64,000 nt of DNA from Gemmatimonadota bacterium (GTDB lineage Bacteria; Gemmatimonadota; Gemmatimonadetes; JACCXV01; JAHWKZ01). Shown one piece after another: positions 59,428 to 64,000 of this stretch (its first letter is position 1; every line of letters starts with the position of its first letter). The notes beneath the pieces were generated by a model, which worked only from the letters and a program-made list of their open reading frames with translations, was not told where the DNA came from and did no database searches. The DNA lies in contig JBHEOA010000058.1 of assembly GCA_046261835.1 (NCBI GenBank), forward strand, positions 763 to 64,762. Direction: 5' to 3'. Both the position numbers and the translations under genes were made by a program.

Positions 59428-60336
59428 ATGATGCGGGTATTCATCACCGGCGGCTCGGGTTACATCGGCTCCAAGGTGGTCCAGGCATTCGTCGCGGCGG
59501 GGCACGAGGTGACCGCTCTGACCCATTCACCGGAGAACATCCCGGAGCTGGAATCGCTCGGTGCGACGCCGGTTCGGGGAGACGTGCAGGACCCGCTCGG
59601 ATGGTCGGAGATGGCGGCCGGCCACGACGAGCTCGTCCACCTCGCCCTCGACGATGGTTCTCCGGTCGATGCCGACCTGGGGGTGATCGATGGGCTCCTG
59701 GAGGTCGGCCGCACGACGGTCGGCAGGAACTGCCACATGATCTATACCTCGGGGTGCTGGGCCCTGGGCGAAACTGGCGACGAGCCGGCCGACGAAACGG
59801 TGTCGCTCGATCATCCCGCCCCGATTGTAGCATGGCGGCCGGCGCACGAGGCTCAGGTACTCGGCTCCTCCGACGAGACGTTCTTTACCGCGGTCATCCG
59901 GCCCGGGATCGTCTACGGCGGTCGCGCCGGTTTGCTGGCGCCGCTCTTCGAGTCGGCTGCCGAGAACGGCGCCGCCGAGTATATCGAGCGCGGCGACAAT
60001 CGCTGGTCGCTCGTCCATCGCGACGATCTGGCCCGACTCTACCTCGAGGTGGCCGAGAAGCGCGCCAGCGGCGTTTTCCACGGGGTCGACGGCATGGCGC
60101 TCCCGGCTCGCGACGTCGCCCAGGCGGCGAGCCGCGCGGCAGGAGCGGGTGGCAAGACGAAGTCGATCACCCTGACCGAAGCCCGGCAGCGACTGGGCCC
60201 GGCCGCTGACGCTCTCGTGCTGGACCAGGTGCTCGTGGGCAAGCGTTCGCGGGAGCTGGGATGGGAGCCCCGCCGAACTTCGTTCATCGACGAGGCCGAC
60301 GGGGCGTTCCGGGAGTGGAAGCTGGGCCGCTTCTAG
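59428..60336 (+). CDS. NAD-dependent epimerase/dehydratase-family (extended SDR) protein
   Basis: MRVFITGGSGYIGSKVV Rossmann N-terminus. Confidence 0.7.
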   Translation: MMRVFITGGSGYIGSKVVQAFVAAGHEVTALTHSPENIPELESLGATPVRGDVQDPLGWSEMAAGHDELVHLALDDGSPVDADLGVIDGLLEVGRTTVGRNCHMIYTSGCWALGETGDEPADETVSLDHPAPIVAWRPAHEAQVLGSSDETFFTAVIRPGIVYGGRAGLLAPLFESAAENGAAEYIERGDNRWSLVHRDDLARLYLEVAEKRASGVFHGVDGMALPARDVAQAASRAAGAGGKTKSITLTEARQRLGPAADALVLDQVLVGKRSRELGWEPRRTSFIDEADGAFREWKLGRF

Positions 60337-60340
60337 AGCG

Positions 60341-60791
60341 TCATTCCCCGGTTCGCAAGGGCTCGAGCGCCAGAACGCGATAGCCGCTCTCTTCGTCGAT
60401 CGCGCTTTCCGAGTAGTCGACGGAAACCGCGATCGGGTAACCGAGTTCCGGGTGGAATTCGACGTGGATCGAGGCAGCGTCTTGCTCGACCGCCTCCTCG
60501 ATGAACTCGAAGAGGCCCTCGACATCAGGGAAGAAGCGCTCGAAGTCGCTTGGCACCGGCTCGCCGCTCTCGACATAAGAGCGCGTGATCTCACCGAAGC
60601 GCTTCTGGACGACTACGTCCCCGCGCCTCCTGACCGCAGAAGCAGTCGTGCTGGAGAGTCAGAGCGTAGTCGCCGTATCCCTGCTCGCTCCACCGTTCGC
60701 GGGCCGCGGCCAGGTCCTCCCTACCCCTCTTCTCATCGCAATCGAACCCAAGCGTGAGCAAGGTGGCCACCGCGATCGCGGGGGTCCTCAT
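60341..60791 (-). CDS. Small lipoprotein with apparent G-homopolymer indel (~60630)
   Basis: MRTPAIAVATLLTLGFDC lipobox. ORFs 60591..61019 and 60341..60556 join if one G is removed from gcgcGGGGacg, giving ...CFCGQEARDVVVVQKRFGEI.... Confidence 0.35.
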
Positions 60792-61156
60792 CGCTCGATC
60801 GGGTAACCGGCCCGCACCCAACCGCCGAAACCGCCGTCCATCGAGGTAACGTTCGTGTAGCCCATCCGCTGAAGGCTCTCGGCCGCGAGCGCCGAGCGCG
60901 AACCGCCGCCGCAATAGAGCACGATGTCGGATTCGGCGTCGGGGATCGCCCGTTCGATCTGGGTTTCCAGGATTCCGCGGCTGAGCCAGCCGGCGCTCGG
61001 AACGTGACCGCGCCCCCACTCGCTCTCTTCGCGCACGTCGATCAGATAGAAGCGCTCGCCGCGGTCGAGGCGCGCCTTGATCTCATCGACCGACGCCTCC
61101 TTGATCCGCGCCTTCGCTTCCTGGACGAGGCTCGCGAAACGGTTCGGCTGCTGCAT
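60788..61156 (-). CDS. Rhodanese-domain sulfurtransferase
   Basis: FYLIDVREESEW..GHVPSA...IVLYCGGGSRSALA active-site Cys loop. Confidence 0.7.
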   Translation of the reverse strand: MQQPNRFASLVQEAKARIKEASVDEIKARLDRGERFYLIDVREESEWGRGHVPSAGWLSRGILETQIERAIPDAESDIVLYCGGGSRSALAAESLQRMGYTNVTSMDGGFGGWVRAGYPIER

Positions 61157-61177
61157 CTCGAAGACTACCCGTCCCGG

Positions 61178-61963
61178 TTAATCCTGATCATCCGGCGGTA
61201 TGCTCTCCCCCCCTTTGAACGGCTGGACCCTTACCTTCCTCCGGTGATCGGGCCAGGGCGTCCCATCTGGCAGCTCTCCTTTACTGTACCATCCTTGAAA
61301 TTTGATCGACCGGACATCCGTCTCACTCATCGGGCTTCTTATCTGCCCTTCCTTCTTGGCTTTTGGAATGATCTTGCTGAATCCTCGTCTGCCGAGTGCA
61401 TATCGATATTGCTTCACTAGATCAGTATCATTACTAAGATTCCTAAACTCTGGTACGAACTCTTCAACGTCTCCTATTCTTACCGGGAAGAAGAAACAAT
61501 ATGGTTCTCCAATAGAGAACGTTACCCGATGGTTCGGGCGCGTGAATTTCCAGTTCATGGTGAACGAAAAAGGCATCCAATCCGTCTCGATGGCGGCCGA
61601 TAGAGCTTGGATCCCGTCCTTGAAATGATTCGGCGGCCCCGTAACCCATAGGCCGTACCCCGGGGGCGTTCGGATTACGAAATGTTGCCCAAAGGTCAGA
61701 ATCCCATGACCAAAATGACCTTTGACATCCAGCGGAGCATCACCCTTCTTTTGAACCACCACATCTGCCGGCGCGAGGCCTCCGTTCCATTCGGCCTCGA
61801 AACTCTGCAAGCAGCGAATTTCCCACCCATGAGCGTTTGCGATCGAGAGAGGCAGGCATCGATACGCGAAGGCTTCCGTCGTCTCATCCATCCAATCTCG
61901 GCGATGGTTGGCGGGACGAATATCGTACCGATAATTATCCTCTACGTAACACTCGAGTTTCAT
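61178..61963 (-). CDS. Hypothetical protein (unknown family) on low-GC island
   Basis: 261-aa ORF, no recognised motif; H-rich segment HFGHGILTFGQHF. Confidence 0.5.
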   Translation of the reverse strand: MKLECYVEDNYRYDIRPANHRRDWMDETTEAFAYRCLPLSIANAHGWEIRCLQSFEAEWNGGLAPADVVVQKKGDAPLDVKGHFGHGILTFGQHFVIRTPPGYGLWVTGPPNHFKDGIQALSAAIETDWMPFSFTMNWKFTRPNHRVTFSIGEPYCFFFPVRIGDVEEFVPEFRNLSNDTDLVKQYRYALGRRGFSKIIPKAKKEGQIRSPMSETDVRSIKFQGWYSKGELPDGTPWPDHRRKVRVQPFKGGESIPPDDQD

Positions 61964-62277
61964 TTGATTTATCCTTCGAACTGTGGGTGAAGAATCTAGT
62001 CTTAGGATTAAATCGCGATCGAAAATTTGGACAGCCGGGGTTTCGTTTGAACCTAGTTTGGCAAGAAGGCCGAGGTCAAGGAGCCGGACTTCGGCCTACC
62101 GGGCTGCGCTGTGGGGCACGCGTCGCGCGGCATGGCACTTGCTTAGCTTTCCCGATTTGCTGAAGCGATTTATGTTCGTCACCTGTTTCCTACGTTTGTT
62201 CCTACATTGGCGCGAATGGGTCGGACTCCTCTCCACTCTCCAAAGCATACGAATGAGGCGATGGGGGCGTCACTTTC

Positions 62278-63300
62278 ATGAAGCGCGACCAACTCCTTGA
62301 CTACGTCAAGACGCACTCCTTCCCCCACGCTCTCTTCTATCATACCAACATGCCGGGGGAAATCGGCCGTCTGCTCACTTCTTTGAGGCCCATCAGCTAC
62401 TTCCCGCCCTATCCATGGGGTCAATGGTTATATCACCAGGTATACGCGGCCCGATGTTCATCCCTGGAAGGCGACGTCATAGAGTTTGGAGTCGGAAGAG
62501 GAGGGATGTCCATCTTCTTGGGCCACCTTGCGAAGACCTCCGCCAAGAAGGTATTCGCGTTAGATAGCTTCCAGGGCTTGCCCCCCAGCCTCACACCTAT
62601 GGATAATCCTTATTTCAAAGCTGGGGATTACGGCCGTGCACAGAACTATGATCAAGAGTTATATGATCTTGTCTTACGGAGCATCCGCCAACATGAATTG
62701 CAAGATACGGTCATACCCATCCGAGGATTCTTCGCCGAATCAGTCAAAGAGATAGCAGAAGATCAACGCTTCTGCTTCGCGCACATCGACGGGGATCTCT
62801 ACGAATCGGTACATGTGGCTTTGAAGAATATCTATGACCGCGTCGTAGAGGGGGGCGTCATCGTCATCGATGACTTCTTTCACCCGGCTCAAGGGCCTGC
62901 CAGAGCAGCCTCAGACTATTTCAACGAACGGGGCATCTATCCACTTTATCACGTTTCCTTCCCTTACTCTGTCTTTATCCTCAAGGGCCAAGGTGCCGAT
63001 TCCGTAGATTACCCTCGCAGCGTCGACGGTAATTCATACTCCTTCGAATGGTTGCGAACTGATGAACACTTTCTGTCGGCCTTGGACGCTTGCATAGAAG
63101 AAATGAGCCGTGACGCCGCGCTCCTGGCGTTATTCAAGGAACCCATCAAGAACGCGGAGATGTTGCGAGGTGTCTTGACGACATCGTTGCCCCGTAGCTC
63201 GGATATCTATGAGTATTGGAGGTCGTTGTACGAATTCTGGGACACCATCGCCAGCATGACCCATAAGCGAGCTCAGGGGCGGGATCCGCTCTACGCCTAG
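62278..63300 (+). CDS. TylF/MycF (macrocin O-methyltransferase)-family class I SAM-dependent methyltransferase
   Basis: IEFGVGRGGMSIFL...ALDSFQGLPP...HIDGDLYESVHVALKNIYDRVVEGGVIVIDDF resembles Methyltransf_24 / TylF. Confidence 0.7.
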   Translation: MKRDQLLDYVKTHSFPHALFYHTNMPGEIGRLLTSLRPISYFPPYPWGQWLYHQVYAARCSSLEGDVIEFGVGRGGMSIFLGHLAKTSAKKVFALDSFQGLPPSLTPMDNPYFKAGDYGRAQNYDQELYDLVLRSIRQHELQDTVIPIRGFFAESVKEIAEDQRFCFAHIDGDLYESVHVALKNIYDRVVEGGVIVIDDFFHPAQGPARAASDYFNERGIYPLYHVSFPYSVFILKGQGADSVDYPRSVDGNSYSFEWLRTDEHFLSALDACIEEMSRDAALLALFKEPIKNAEMLRGVLTTSLPRSSDIYEYWRSLYEFWDTIASMTHKRAQGRDPLYA

Positions 63301-63303
63301 GAG

Positions 63304-64000
63304 CTAAAGGTCCTCGAAGAGGGTTGGCGGACGATTCTGCCGGTCTTCCGGCCCACCCGCCGCGTGCGCCGGAGGGGTCGCTCCCTCCCCGGGCTCAGGC
63401 GGGGCGACGGAAGGCGCGCCGCGCCGAAACAACGCCCGGCCGAGCGCACGAACGTAGGGCGTTCGACCGCGCTCGACTCCCGCCATATGAGCACGGGCCG
63501 TCGCCACTTTGGAGTCCAGGTTGTCGAGGAAGTGAAGGACGATCGCCTCTAGGGTCTGAGGCTGGACGGGGCTCCCCCACTCGTACTCCCCCTGATGCGA
63601 AAGTATGAGGTGTCCGAGGTCGGTCCGACGAGCGGCGGGGAAACCCGAGTAACGCGCCAGTCGCTCCTCGACCATCGCGTAGCCGAGGGCGATGTGGCCG
63701 AGGAGCGCTCCTTCCTCGGTGTAGGGGAACCCCGGCTCGACGGCGAGTTCGCGTGTCTTGCCGATGTCGTGGAAGAAGGCGCCGGCCATCAAGAGGTCAC
63801 GGTCGAGTTCCGGGTAGTGGTCAGCCGCCCGCTCGCACATCCGCATGACGGAGAACGTGTGCTCGGCGAGCCCGCCGACGTACGCGTGGTGATGGGTCTT
63901 GGCGGCGGGCGCCTCAGCGAACGCGTGCGCGAATTCGCGGTTGTCCAGGAAGTCGCGGATCAGTCGACGAAGCTCGGGATCCCGCATCGTGAGCGTGAGG
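63304..64000 (-). CDS. HD-domain protein of the YhaM (3'-5' exoribonuclease)-like family; N-terminus beyond window end
   Basis: FAEAPAAKTHHHAYVGGLAEHTFSVMRM...FFHDIGKTRELA...ILSHQGEYEWGSPV HD motifs. YhaM-like proteins have an upstream OB fold, so the gene likely continues past 64000. Confidence 0.6.
   Translation of the reverse strand, partial: LTLTMRDPELRRLIRDFLDNREFAHAFAEAPAAKTHHHAYVGGLAEHTFSVMRMCERAADHYPELDRDLLMAGAFFHDIGKTRELAVEPGFPYTEEGALLGHIALGYAMVEERLARYSGFPAARRTDLGHLILSHQGEYEWGSPVQPQTLEAIVLHFLDNLDSKVATARAHMAGVERGRTPYVRALGRALFRRGAPSVAPPEPGEGATPPAHAAGGPEDRQNRPPTLFEDL

Larger units (their letters stand above)
61170..63300. other. Low-GC (~50% vs ~68%) island carrying two divergently transcribed genes; probable horizontal acquisition
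   Basis: Visible drop in G+C and change in codon usage (AT-ending codons) starting ~61170 and ending at 63300. Confidence 0.6.

Noticed and set aside
1-64000. CRISPR arrays, rRNA, tRNA
   Set aside because: No regularly spaced repeats were seen. Intergenic regions inspected (2716-3011, 6485-6623, 7266-7367, 15487-15604, 57508-57700) lack tRNA-like T-arm/acceptor features. All space is otherwise protein-coding.

Overview
High-GC (~68%) bacterial chromosomal segment, gene-dense, with many lipoproteins and TPR/LVIVD/DUF4331-type secreted proteins. The gene content is reminiscent of Gemmatimonadota or Acidobacteriota, but that is inference only. Recognisable content: (i) a class III adenylate cyclase–TolB_N–TPR gene running off the left edge, with a cyclase-less paralogue carrying two in-frame TAG codons. 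(ii) Three separate 2-oxoacid dehydrogenase modules: a fused E1 alpha/beta, an E2, a split E1alpha/E1beta operon interrupted by two tandem 116-aa lipoprotein genes, and a distant E3 (lpdA). (iii) A translationally coupled operon kynA–kynU–nitroreductase–fold-II PLP enzyme–HMGL-like synthase/aldolase–B12-binding radical SAM–AP-superfamily phosphodiesterase. The last four genes fit no described kynurenine or anthranilate route, and this is the best candidate for an undescribed system. (iv) A complete aerobic 2-aminobenzoyl-CoA module: aryl-CoA ligase divergent from creatininase–SDR–RidA–enoyl-CoA hydratase–acyl-CoA dehydrogenase–2-aminobenzoyl-CoA monooxygenase/reductase. (v) ada, recQ, typA, ECF sigma/anti-sigma, DUF305–LVIVD, a RES–Xre toxin-antitoxin pair, an HprK-like kinase, three tandem small membrane-protein paralogues with a DDAH-like gene and cyclophilin, gntK, a dihaem cytochrome c, msrB and a rhodanese. 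(vi) A ~2.1 kb low-GC (~50%) island with a TylF-family methyltransferase and an unknown gene. Caveat: at least nine genes show frameshifts, two of them at G homopolymers, so many apparent pseudogenes may be assembly indel errors. No rRNA, tRNA or CRISPR was found.
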